From positions 1-46,385 of the IMG/VR virus record IMGVR_UViG_3300031227_000091: DNA of 46,385 nucleotides. One strand, written 5' to 3'. Positions within the stretch are counted from its first letter, which is position 1. Each line of letters opens with the position of its first letter. This stretch comes from a virus. Taxonomy: Duplodnaviria > Caudoviricetes. Shown here in pieces: positions 18,582-27,593 of the stretch. The translations under genes and the position numbers were made by a program. The notes under the pieces were generated by a model. It was not told where the DNA came from, made no database searches, and saw nothing but the letters and a program-made list of their open reading frames with translations.

Positions 18582-19375
18582 TATAACACGCCTTTATCTT
18601 CTCCGCTGAAATTCATATTATGCCCTAAAACTTTAAGCTCGGAGCGGTCTATAAACATATCATTGTTTTTGCCAAGTGTTACAAGTGCGGCGTGTTTGTT
18701 GTATACCTTGACTTTGATTTTTTCGACTTCTTTTGCGCTGTCTGGGTGTTCTGGATCAAGCTGCCTTGATTGTACTACTTCAAATTCTTTTATACATGAT
18801 CTCTGTGCTGCCGAGAGGTCGTTAAATTCTGTTACAGTCATTGTATAGCCGTTATAATTAGCTATCCCTGGCAGGTCAGTAAACGCAAGTTTCGCAAGTT
18901 CTTGTTGTATCTTATCAACCGTTATCTCAATACGCTGGTTAGATTCTTCCTGTAGCTCCATAATGCGAGCATAGACACAAGGGGTGTTGTAAACCTCTAC
19001 GGCTTTATTATATATTACAGGTTCGCTCATGTTATCACAATCGTAAGCATATCTATAAGCAGAAGCTTTACATCTTGCAACTAAATATTGCCTTGCATAA
19101 GCCTCTTGTTTTGCTGTACATTTCTTTTCTTTTACTATATCACCCTTATCTAACCCTTTTTCTTGCTGTATATTATCATCTACATTTTTAAAGCTTTTGC
19201 ATTTATTAGAATCTAAGCTTAATAGAAAATCTTTATCAAATACCTTGCAAACTATCCAATTTTCGTCTGATTTTTCTTTATCCAAATTTTTACACTTACT
19301 ACATTTATTTAAATTCTTCTTCCCCTTTTTCTTATCGCAATTAGACGTTGCAAGGTTGTCTTTTGGCTTAGTCAT
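18581..19375 (-). CDS. terS: Terminase small subunit with Cys-rich N-terminal extension
   Basis: TAKQEAYARQY...SAYRYAY HTH, IQQELAKLAF, KVKVYNKHAALVTLGK; directly upstream of terL. Confidence 0.85.
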   Translation of the reverse strand: MTKPKDNLATSNCDKKKGKKNLNKCSKCKNLDKEKSDENWIVCKVFDKDFLLSLDSNKCKSFKNVDDNIQQEKGLDKGDIVKEKKCTAKQEAYARQYLVARCKASAYRYAYDCDNMSEPVIYNKAVEVYNTPCVYARIMELQEESNQRIEITVDKIQQELAKLAFTDLPGIANYNGYTMTVTEFNDLSAAQRSCIKEFEVVQSRQLDPEHPDSAKEVEKIKVKVYNKHAALVTLGKNNDMFIDRSELKVLGHNMNFSGEDKGVL

Positions 19376-19571
19376 TGTCTACCCTTATTAAATTATATCC
19401 AAGAATGATAATACTTTCAAATTCGCATTCTTCTAAACGCCCTAACTCTTCGCTTACCATCTCTATTTCATCAAATGTTTTAATTTTCTCAAGTCTATCG
19501 ACGGTTGCGTTTTTGAAATTAACACTACTATGCCTTTTTATAACATAGCCAACAAAATAAATATATTTCAT
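19368..19571 (-). CDS. Hypothetical protein
   Basis: Overlapping ORF string. Confidence 0.65.
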   Translation of the reverse strand: MKYIYFVGYVIKRHSSVNFKNATVDRLEKIKTFDEIEMVSEELGRLEECEFESIIILGYNLIRVDND

Positions 19572-19855
19572 CCTTTAACCTCCATCCACTTGTCGTAGTC
19601 AGCTTGTAGGTTTTCCCATAGCTCGGGCGTCGTGTTGGTTGCCCTTGCTAATTTACATTGAAACATTATAGAGCATGATATATTTTTCTTTATTAAATTT
19701 TGAATGCATAAAACATTTAGATCATGCATTATGCAAAATTCTTCTACACTTATATTCAACCCGTCAATATACAGCTCTTTCAATATCTCGCCTGGGTGAG
19801 CCGGGCATACCTTGTGTTGTTCGATTGGTAATACTTTTTCTTTTTTCTTTTCCAT
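19568..19855 (-). CDS. higA: HigA/VapI-family antitoxin-like HTH protein (orphan)
   Basis: PAHPGEILKELYI and TTPELWENLQADYD signature; no adjacent HigB. Confidence 0.8.
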   Translation of the reverse strand: MEKKKEKVLPIEQHKVCPAHPGEILKELYIDGLNISVEEFCIMHDLNVLCIQNLIKKNISCSIMFQCKLARATNTTPELWENLQADYDKWMEVKG

Positions 19856-19879
19856 GTCTAAATCCTTTTAAGTTAAAAA

Positions 19880-19999
19880 TGGCGCCGGCTATGTGAGATT
19901 TAAACTCACTTCAACGTTTCCTTAAGTATTGCCTTACTTGTAACAGGAATATTCGTTATTTCAGAACGCCTTTAGCAAATATCAACGCCCTAAGCCAGC
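19880..19999 (-). ncRNA. tRNA-like RNA B2 (acceptor stem, T-arm, encoded CCA; multibranch insert)
   Basis: GCTGGCT/AGCCGGC+G+CCA; GTGAG-TTTAAAT-CTCAC; no canonical D or anticodon arm. Confidence 0.65.
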
Positions 20000-20013
20000 A
20001 TATAAATTAAAAA

Positions 20014-20189
20014 AGCGGACGGCGGGATTCGGTTCCCGCAAGTTGTCTTTGCTTCTGACTTATGGAGTTGCGCTTTTACCCGAATAAACCTCGGATACCA
20101 TAAGCCTAGTTAATTCATTAAGGATTTCGCATAGCTTATCCACGTTGACAACGCCTCAATGTACACGTCTCAATTCCGCCACGTCCGCT
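20014..20189 (-). ncRNA. tRNA-like RNA B1 (Leu/Ser-type scaffold with about 130-nt structured insert)
   Basis: GCGGACG/CGTCCGC, TGGCGGAATTGAGACGT D-arm, GCGGG-AACCGAAT-CCCGC T-arm, nested stems, U6 tail. Confidence 0.75.
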
Positions 20190-20449
20190 AAAAATCAACG
20201 CTGGGTATAGCTCCAGAGGCTTACTCTAAAGTACATCTAGTTTAGCCGTTTGTCAAGCTTTGAGTTTAGCCAATCACATATTTGCTTTATCTTAAGCTCC
20301 TTAAATATAGCTTCTTTTAAATCATTCCACGCTTCGGATAATGTTTTATCTTTCTCTTTCATTTCATCGCTCATTTTGCGCCTCGTTGGTTAAGTCTGGC
20401 TTCGTGCCATTGTTTGGTTAGTTCTTCGTTATTAAATATGTGCTCGTGG

Positions 20450-20788
20450 TTAGTTGCCATTGACCCACCCCTTGCTATCTATATACGCCTTACATTCTGC
20501 TTCGGTCTGGAAAGCTTCGCCTTTTTTGAACATTCTATTATGAAATGAAGTTACACTATCAAGTGCCATTTTTTCACATGTCCATTCGCTAAACAAATAG
20601 AAAGGAGTATAATAAATATCTCTAACTTTAGGTATCCATTTGCTTTTAAAATCGTCGCTACGGTCAACTGGCGAAGCCCTGCTTAGTATTCTTACTTTGT
20701 CGTCCCACTCAATAGGGTTAACAACAATATGCGTACAATCATTGCTTCCTTTGACATATTCTATATGCTGCTTTCCTTTGTCTTTCAT
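20450..20788 (-). CDS. Hypothetical protein
   Basis: Overlapping ORF string. Confidence 0.65.
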   Translation of the reverse strand: MKDKGKQHIEYVKGSNDCTHIVVNPIEWDDKVRILSRASPVDRSDDFKSKWIPKVRDIYYTPFYLFSEWTCEKMALDSVTSFHNRMFKKGEAFQTEAECKAYIDSKGWVNGN

Positions 20789-21186
20789 CCCATCTCCTTT
20801 GTTATTTTATTTCTTTTTTCACATTCGAGACATGCTTCAGATTTAGTTAAGAATAAATCATGCTCATTCCAAAGTGTTCCGCTGCCTACGCCTGTGCTAT
20901 CCAACATATATTGTCGTCTATCATCGTTTTTGTATTCTTTATCATATAACTCAAGTGATATTTTTCCTATTTTTCCGATAATGTCTAGCTGTACATCCCA
21001 CTTCGTAGAAAACCATTCCCTTTTACCACCACTGCCAGAACAATCTGGACATAGAACTGTTCTGGATGTATTATTAATTTTTACCCTACCTTCTCTACAG
21101 GTTTTGCAATTAATGAAATCACTATAGCAACCTTTTTTAATTGGATAAACTCTGTCTTTTAAGTTAAACTTTGTTTTGATATTCAT
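20785..21186 (-). CDS. Protein with DnaJ-type CxxCxGxG Zn finger
   Basis: CKTCREG...CPDCSGSG. Confidence 0.7.
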   Translation of the reverse strand: MNIKTKFNLKDRVYPIKKGCYSDFINCKTCREGRVKINNTSRTVLCPDCSGSGGKREWFSTKWDVQLDIIGKIGKISLELYDKEYKNDDRRQYMLDSTGVGSGTLWNEHDLFLTKSEACLECEKRNKITKEMG

Positions 21187-21200
21187 TTTACTCTCCTTTG

Positions 21201-21455
21201 TTATTTACAAATATATTTTTTAAAGTTCCACCATCTTTTTTTAGGCTCAAATAAAACAGCTTCCAATTTGCAATATCCATTTTTATTTGCAGTTTTTTGA
21301 TTTTTTTTCACAAAACAATTTCTCATCCACTCACATCTATATATTCTTAGTCCTCCAGTTGCTACATCTTTACTGACTATTGCTTTTGGGTGTTTACAAG
21401 ATGCTTTATCATATCCCCACTGGTCGCAAAACTTACAATCTTTACATAGTTTCAT
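21201..21455 (-). CDS. Small Cys-rich protein
   Basis: CKDCKFC...CKHP...CEWMR...C. Confidence 0.7.
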   Translation of the reverse strand: MKLCKDCKFCDQWGYDKASCKHPKAIVSKDVATGGLRIYRCEWMRNCFVKKNQKTANKNGYCKLEAVLFEPKKRWWNFKKYICK

Positions 21456-21494
21456 GCCTAACCTCCGTTATTCTATTAGTTTACAAATATTTTC

Positions 21495-22268
21495 TCAAGT
21501 TTTATTTACTGGTCTATCATTTTTTGTAAACTTAGGTTTTGCATTCCATTGTAAGAACTCAAGCCTTAATAAGCGGCTTCTAAAAGCTTCTCCGGTGTCT
21601 GAGTCTTCAAACTTACGAACTATCTCAACTCCGCTGAGGTTTGCGGATAAGTATATTTTAGCATTACCCCTGCCGGTATAAAGGTAATCAAGCAGGTTAT
21701 ATAATCCCTCTCCGCCAGATAATGATATTTTCTTTTTTCCTATATCATCAATTACTAGAAAGTCGTTTTGTAATAGTTTCTCAAGCCAAGCATCTGCGCT
21801 TATCTTGCCGGATTCAGAGCTTTTGTGTCCATATCGTGATAAAAATTCATTGCATGTTATATATTTGCATTTTCTGCCTTGTTTGGTTAATAATCCAAGA
21901 TTGTTACATATTGCTCTTGTTTTTCCACATCCATAATCTCCTGAAATCCATAGATGTTTATTTCTATTACTCCATGCCCATTCAGCTAATGCGCTGTTAT
22001 CAGACGTTTTAGAGCGATCAAAGCTTGTAGAGAATGGTATTGCTCGCAATTTCTTTTCTAAGGCTTCAAGTCTTATGCTTTCGTTTTCTTTTAATTCCTC
22101 TGCTTCTATACACTTATCGCACTTTGCACGATTTATCATTGTTTTTTCAAGTGATCTAAACATCTTTTCAAAATCATCCTTACAGCTATCTTCTGTTCTC
22201 AACTCAACTTTATATTTATTTTTGCAAATATCACATATTACTTCGACTATCTCGTTTTTAGATTCCAT
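21495..22268 (-). CDS. DnaC/IstB-like AAA+ helicase loader
   Basis: GDYGCGKT Walker A, LVIDDIG Walker B, N-terminal Zn motif; follows initiator. Confidence 0.88.
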   Translation of the reverse strand: MESKNEIVEVICDICKNKYKVELRTEDSCKDDFEKMFRSLEKTMINRAKCDKCIEAEELKENESIRLEALEKKLRAIPFSTSFDRSKTSDNSALAEWAWSNRNKHLWISGDYGCGKTRAICNNLGLLTKQGRKCKYITCNEFLSRYGHKSSESGKISADAWLEKLLQNDFLVIDDIGKKKISLSGGEGLYNLLDYLYTGRGNAKIYLSANLSGVEIVRKFEDSDTGEAFRSRLLRLEFLQWNAKPKFTKNDRPVNKT

Positions 22269-22992
22269 AACTTTTTACTCCTTGTTTTTTATTGTCGTTT
22301 GCTTTATCAAGTTCACCAGTCCAATTATTAAGCAATGTTATTATATCCCTGCGGTAAAACTTAAACCCTGAATTATAAAGTTCCATGATTAATTCTAATT
22401 CTTCAACAACATTTATTCTTTTAATTATTTCGTTTAATTTCTTTTTTTCTTTTTCGCTCCATTCGGTTGTTTCTCTACGATTATAAAATTCACAAATTGA
22501 AGATATTACTTTTTCTTTAGTTTCATTTTGTTTAGTATTGTTTAGTTTACTTTGTGGGTTATTGTTATCATTAACAGGGTTTTGGATTACATTAACCCTA
22601 CTAGACAAGCCTAATTGCTTACATATATCTTGTTTTTGTAGCAGGTTTACATTGCGGCGTTTATAAACATCAAGCAAACCATCTATGAATTTTTGAGAAA
22701 ATATTATTTTACTTTCCCACATCTTGAAATCAATACACCCTAACTCTGCAAGCTCTTTTAGTATCTGTATACACCTATACTCATCAACCAGCATTTCTGC
22801 TGACAATAATTTCCACTTAGATTTATTCCTGCAATCAATAAAATGATTTTCTGTACGCCCTAATTTTTGCAATAGCTTAACCCAGAAAGCAAATCCGTCA
22901 TTTCCAAACTTGCTTTCAATTATTTTCATACTATCAGAAAAAGCACAATCTAAAGGAAAGTAGTCAACTATTGCTTTTGTAGGTCTAGCCAT
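22258..22992 (-). CDS. Replication initiator (DUF4373-like N-terminus)
   Basis: MARPTKAIVDYFPLD...FGNDGFAFWVKLL; upstream of loader. Confidence 0.8.
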   Translation of the reverse strand: MARPTKAIVDYFPLDCAFSDSMKIIESKFGNDGFAFWVKLLQKLGRTENHFIDCRNKSKWKLLSAEMLVDEYRCIQILKELAELGCIDFKMWESKIIFSQKFIDGLLDVYKRRNVNLLQKQDICKQLGLSSRVNVIQNPVNDNNNPQSKLNNTKQNETKEKVISSICEFYNRRETTEWSEKEKKKLNEIIKRINVVEELELIMELYNSGFKFYRRDIITLLNNWTGELDKANDNKKQGVKSYGI

Positions 22993-23112
22993 AATTTACC
23001 ACCTTTTGAAGAATTGCATTTAGTACACAAAACCTGAAAATTATCAATTTCATTTTACCCATCACCCATCCTCCTTAATCTTTGTGAGCCATTGATCTGC
23101 CATTGCTTTAGC
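22993..23112 (-). pseudogene. Adjacent relics: C-terminus of a phage cytosine MTase-like gene and of an HNH gene
   Basis: AKAMADQW...stop (23112-23062); NEIDNFQVLCTKCNSSKG (about 23055-23000). Confidence 0.6.
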
Positions 23113-23119
23113 CCTTTTT

Positions 23120-24058
23120 TTAAAATAGATATGCTTGATTATTTCTTTTTTCTGATATTTTCACATATTCAGGGTTAAGCTCTACTAATATACAGTTTTT
23201 TCCCTGTGCTTCTGCCTCTAATGCGGTTGTTCCGGCGCCACCAAACGGGTCAATAACCAATCCGCCGTCTGGACATCCAGCTTTAATACATGGTCTTATA
23301 AGCTCTCTTGGGAATGTGGCAAAGTGCGCCCCTTTGTATGGTTTTGTGTTGACGGTCCACACGGAACGCTTGTTTCTTGTTTCATATTGGTTTGTCTTTA
23401 ACCCGGCCATTCGTGAACGTCCGGGAGTATTGTTTAGTTTTGTGTTATCTCTATCTCTGTTTGAATCATCAAATGTAGAGGTTTGTTCTTTTATTGCATC
23501 ATTATCATAATAATACTTTTTTGACTTTGACAACAAGAAAATATACTCATGCGCCTTTGTGCATCTGTCGGTTACGCTTTCAGGCATTGGATTTGGCTTG
23601 TGCCAAATAATATCTTGTCGTAAATACCATCCATCTGTCCGCAAAGCAAAAGCAACCATCCACGGGATTCCAATTAGGTCTTTAGGCTTATAATCTTTAG
23701 TAGTAAAATTACTAAACACATCTCCCATTACTGTTCCTGCCGAAGTTCCCTGTTTTGCAATTAAAGCGGAAACATGAACGGTTCCGTCAGGATTTCTACC
23801 CTTACCGGATCCGGCGTAACTATCACCCAAATTAAGCCATAATGTTCCATCATCTTTCAGTATGCGTTTTATTTCTCTGAATACTTTAACCATGTTGGCC
23901 ACATATAATTCAGGCGTTTTTTCATTGCCTAATTGATTGTCGTTACCATAATCCCTCAACCCCCAATAAGGCGGTGAAGTTACGCAGCAATTAACGCTTT
24001 CAGATTCAACATCTTTTAGTTTTTCTATGCAATCACCTGTTATATGTGTTACCTTCAT
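23120..24058 (-). CDS. DNA methyltransferase, beta class (N4-cytosine/N6-adenine)
   Basis: TSPPY catalytic motif, HFATFP, DPFGGAGTT SAM-binding motif. Confidence 0.93.
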   Translation of the reverse strand: MKVTHITGDCIEKLKDVESESVNCCVTSPPYWGLRDYGNDNQLGNEKTPELYVANMVKVFREIKRILKDDGTLWLNLGDSYAGSGKGRNPDGTVHVSALIAKQGTSAGTVMGDVFSNFTTKDYKPKDLIGIPWMVAFALRTDGWYLRQDIIWHKPNPMPESVTDRCTKAHEYIFLLSKSKKYYYDNDAIKEQTSTFDDSNRDRDNTKLNNTPGRSRMAGLKTNQYETRNKRSVWTVNTKPYKGAHFATFPRELIRPCIKAGCPDGGLVIDPFGGAGTTALEAEAQGKNCILVELNPEYVKISEKRNNQAYLF

Positions 24059-24092
24059 TCCCTTTTCCCGTGTTAAGATTAAAAATGTTTAT

Positions 24093-24488
24093 TCAAGCTA
24101 CCTTAATAAAGCAATTTGCAAAACTTGAAGCAATCATTTTACTTTTGAACCCATCGCCGGCATAGTAAATATGTTCAGATCTAACAAATCTAACAATAAA
24201 CAATTTTCCGGTATGTATATTTTTAAATAATCGACCCTTTAGTTTTTTCCTTTTATACAAATTATAAACTTTATTATTTTTCATTGTTCTATCCCTTAAA
24301 GGTTTAGTATTAATTATCTTTCCGTTTTTGCCATAAAACTTCTTAGACAAAAACTCTTTATGCTGTGTGAGAACATGACAATCACAAATAATTCCACCAC
24401 CCGTTTCTCGGTAACTACAGTTTTCATCATGTTTATAAATAGGTATTTTGTCTATTATCTGAAAAGCCCTTGGATAATCAACACTCAT
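24093..24488 (-). CDS. Hypothetical protein
   Basis: Overlapping ORF string. Confidence 0.65.
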   Translation of the reverse strand: MSVDYPRAFQIIDKIPIYKHDENCSYRETGGGIICDCHVLTQHKEFLSKKFYGKNGKIINTKPLRDRTMKNNKVYNLYKRKKLKGRLFKNIHTGKLFIVRFVRSEHIYYAGDGFKSKMIASSFANCFIKVA

Positions 24489-24811
24489 AATCCTCCATTG
24501 TTAAATGTTTCTATTTTCAGTTTTAATTCCTGTTCCAACTCTTGAAGCTCGGGAAGGCTCCAGATGTATACCCTCTGGTCGAGATCGCTTGTTATAGTAG
24601 GTTCATAGTCGTGCTCCGCCATGTGGCACGGGCGCCAGCAAAGCCATACTAGATTTTCTTGGTTCCAACGTTGCCGCCTGTGGTCGCAGCTTATAATATG
24701 ATGTGCTCCGCTGCCTTCGCGTTCGCGTCCACATTTCTTGCATATACCGCCAGCCATAAGCCTGCATAGCTCGCTTGCTAACTTGTCTAGTCGCTTTTCG
24801 ATTGGTCTCAT
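24485..24811 (-). CDS. NinG/Rap-like HNH nuclease
   Basis: LDKLASELCR, CKKCG, AHHII, NLVWLCWRPCH. Confidence 0.7.
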   Translation of the reverse strand: MRPIEKRLDKLASELCRLMAGGICKKCGREREGSGAHHIISCDHRRQRWNQENLVWLCWRPCHMAEHDYEPTITSDLDQRVYIWSLPELQELEQELKLKIETFNNGGL

Positions 24812-25191
24812 TTTATTTTCCTGATATTAATTGAATTCCACGACATTCCGCATCCAAAAGAGAAAGCTGGGAATTCATTATCTTTATCATCTTCTTCAAG
24901 CTCATCATCGTAATCACCAAATTCACTGCCAATAGCCTCATAAATTTCATCATCTAAAAGATTATACCATTCGTCGCTTGTGGTGTTTGTTTTTGAATCA
25001 ACCAATATTAAATAATGGTTTGGTCTATCATCCATCGGATATAAGAAAATCAACTTTTTACCATCTCCGTATACCGTTGACAGCAAGGCTGGTTTAATTA
25101 AATAATTTTTAGTCCAATGAACAGCGTTTTGCTCTTTAGTATATTCAGAAAGCATATTTTCTTCTTCTTGAGTTATATTTCTTTCTTCCAT
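24808..25191 (-). CDS. Acidic hypothetical protein
   Basis: ORF with RBS. Confidence 0.65.
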   Translation of the reverse strand: MEERNITQEEENMLSEYTKEQNAVHWTKNYLIKPALLSTVYGDGKKLIFLYPMDDRPNHYLILVDSKTNTTSDEWYNLLDDEIYEAIGSEFGDYDDELEEDDKDNEFPAFSFGCGMSWNSINIRKIK

Positions 25192-25251
25192 ATTCCCATC
25201 CTTTTTTTGTGCCGTCCCCGGCGTTTATATTTTACTGATTAGTGGTTCTAA

Positions 25252-26655
25252 TTATTTCCCTGCTTGAATAGTTTTTGATAATTCTAAATATTCATTTACC
25301 CAGTTGTGCGGAATATCTTTTTCGGCTTTTATATATCGTGCAAAAGCCTCTTTTATTTCTTCAAGCCTTTGTTCGTTGCTTATATATCGAGGTTTTAATC
25401 CAAGTGGTGGTTTTACTTTCCCCCTAGCGTGTTGGTTAAAGTCTAGCGTTGCGCAATCGGGTGGAGTTGACGGCTCTTTGATGCGGTAGTCTTTTAATTC
25501 ACCGCCATGCTTAAAAATGTTTAATTTATTTTGTAAATATGCATCAATCCATCCGTCGCGAGTATGGTTACACTCCATATTCCTACAATCATCATCGCAC
25601 GCTTCCATGAACTCGTCTAGCGTTTTGCCACAGGCGGAAATTGACTGTTTAACTAATCGTAAAGTATTAAGCGGTACAGCTCCAACTAGATTATAGGCAT
25701 CATCATTACTGCCAAATACATTAGACCATCCGTCTTTGTTTTTAATTTGGCAATATAAACTTTTATTCCATAAAGCATTTGTGAACTCGTTAATATTTCT
25801 ACCACAGGCGGAAAGCTCTACAATGCGATATGCCTGTAATCCAAAGGATTTTATTGATTCTACTAAATTAAAAGCATCGCTCTTGACCCATGTTCCTGCG
25901 GCGCAAAACTCAACATTGCTATCATTCATGTGCTTACTTGCCATAAATTCATCGAAAGTTTTTCCGCAATCCGAAAGCTCTTGTTTAATCTCGTCCACAA
26001 AGCAGTCGTCCTTGAATGAGAATAGCGGATGTTCAATACTGTTAAATACTGGTTTTTTGGAAAACGATAGTATATATTCGCCTGTAATGGAATATCTATA
26101 AAGGTGCAAAAATAACTCTTTTGTTTTTTTAACTGTCGCTCTTTTGTGCTGAGAACCCCACTTGACACCACAACTAAAACAAATCTCCTGAACTAGCCTA
26201 GACTCCTCCGGCGTAACTTCCAGCTTCATATCAACCTTATCTCTTAAGGCTCGGCGAAAAACAGGGTGGTCGTATTTGGCTTGCCATTCTTGGAACGTGA
26301 GGACGGTATAGGTTTGGCTTTTATAACAATCAACCGTTCCATATCCATGACTATTATTCCATCGTATTGCACTATCTTCAAAATAATTATTCCAGCTTCC
26401 GCCACCACGCCAATCTAACTTATAAAACTTAGTTACATAATCCCATTCTTCCTGACTTCTTACATTGACGACTTCTTTCATTGTTTCATCTCCATTGGTT
26501 GCTTGTTTCGGCGAATCCTGTTTTGCCATTAGATACTGGGCGTTTGTTTTGCACTTTAGGCAGTCTACGGGAATCCACTCCTTCGTCATAGTCCAGCCCT
26601 CTGCGCTAGGCGTACAGGCGCAAACGTTATTGTGATTCTTAAAGTGGGTTCTCAT
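25252..26655 (-). CDS. Mosaic multi-module protein with three internal SxCG(K/R) repeats
   Basis: SDCGKTFDEF, SACGRNINEF, SACGKTLDEF; C-terminal KPPLGLKPR module. Confidence 0.75.
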   Translation of the reverse strand: MRTHFKNHNNVCACTPSAEGWTMTKEWIPVDCLKCKTNAQYLMAKQDSPKQATNGDETMKEVVNVRSQEEWDYVTKFYKLDWRGGGSWNNYFEDSAIRWNNSHGYGTVDCYKSQTYTVLTFQEWQAKYDHPVFRRALRDKVDMKLEVTPEESRLVQEICFSCGVKWGSQHKRATVKKTKELFLHLYRYSITGEYILSFSKKPVFNSIEHPLFSFKDDCFVDEIKQELSDCGKTFDEFMASKHMNDSNVEFCAAGTWVKSDAFNLVESIKSFGLQAYRIVELSACGRNINEFTNALWNKSLYCQIKNKDGWSNVFGSNDDAYNLVGAVPLNTLRLVKQSISACGKTLDEFMEACDDDCRNMECNHTRDGWIDAYLQNKLNIFKHGGELKDYRIKEPSTPPDCATLDFNQHARGKVKPPLGLKPRYISNEQRLEEIKEAFARYIKAEKDIPHNWVNEYLELSKTIQAGK

Positions 26656-26680
26656 TCCGCGCCTCCAGTTATTAGTTAAG

Positions 26681-26902
26681 TTAGGATTTTATTTGTTTGT
26701 TAATGGGAATTAATGTTTTTTTAAATTCGGTAATTTCTTTTAACGCCCATTTTTTTGCTTTTACTTCAGCTCTACCCCAAAAAGGCGAAATTTGTTCGCT
26801 TGCCACTTCTTCATCTTGGCAAAATATTGTTATTCTCCAACAGTTGCCGCAAACAAGATAAATATCAACGGTATAATTGCCATCTTCTATTATTCTAATC
26901 AT
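26681..26902 (-). CDS. Hypothetical protein
   Basis: ORF string. Confidence 0.6.
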   Translation of the reverse strand: MIRIIEDGNYTVDIYLVCGNCWRITIFCQDEEVASEQISPFWGRAEVKAKKWALKEITEFKKTLIPINKQIKS

Positions 26903-26903
26903 T

Positions 26904-27122
26904 TTACTTCTCCTTGTTGAATTTTAGATGCGACGTTATGAGGCTTTTGGTACAGTTAGGAGGATTGGGTATATCCATCCAGTGAGTATATGATTTATCT
27001 AATGCAAGACTAGTCCAGCAATTATCATCTGTCCACCAAACATCTGTAATCCTAAATCCGTTTTTGTGCCATAAATCAACTGGCGTTCCGTCCCTAGGTG
27101 CTGTTTCTATTGGTTTCCACAT
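26904..27122 (-). CDS. DUF551-like protein
   Basis: WKPIETAPRDGT...THWMDIPNPP. Confidence 0.75.
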   Translation of the reverse strand: MWKPIETAPRDGTPVDLWHKNGFRITDVWWTDDNCWTSLALDKSYTHWMDIPNPPNCTKSLITSHLKFNKEK

Positions 27123-27125
27123 ATC

Positions 27126-27593
27126 TTACTCTCCTTTTTTGATTGCTTCGGGAATAGGATACCCAAAGTTTTGAATACAGAACTCGTCTAAAAAGCTTAT
27201 GTACTGTGCCATGAGCTCCATGCTTGCATCTCGTTTGTTAAATTCTTTTAGTCCTTTTTTGATGCAGAAAAACATTTTCATCATTTTATCGACATTTTCG
27301 ATAGTTGCTTTAGGTGCTACTGTATAGCCGAATTTCTCAACCTCGTACAAATGCCCGTGTCTTTCCTTGAACAGTATTACCATGAATTCATATATCCCAC
27401 ATTTACCGCCTTCTCTTGAAGTAGCATATAGAAATCCGAGTTGCTTATTGCTTTTAGGCTTCTTGATATTAGAGAATTCAGCAGTAACCCATTGATCCTC
27501 TTTGACAGCCTCCTGCACCGCCAAAAACTGATTGCGATAAGCCGGAGCAAGCACCCCGTCTTTCTTCTGCCACACTATTTTGGTCTTTTTCAT
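27126..27593 (-). CDS. NinB-like recombination accessory protein
   Basis: KPKSNKQLGFLY...ELMAQYI...GYPIP resemblance; next to exonuclease. Confidence 0.5.
   Translation of the reverse strand: MKKTKIVWQKKDGVLAPAYRNQFLAVQEAVKEDQWVTAEFSNIKKPKSNKQLGFLYATSREGGKCGIYEFMVILFKERHGHLYEVEKFGYTVAPKATIENVDKMMKMFFCIKKGLKEFNKRDASMELMAQYISFLDEFCIQNFGYPIPEAIKKGE

Noticed and set aside
20238-20275. GGCTAAACT direct repeat upstream of B1 as another RNA unit
   Set aside because: It lies in the 3' end of a small ORF (MSDEMKEK...WLNSKLDKRLN).
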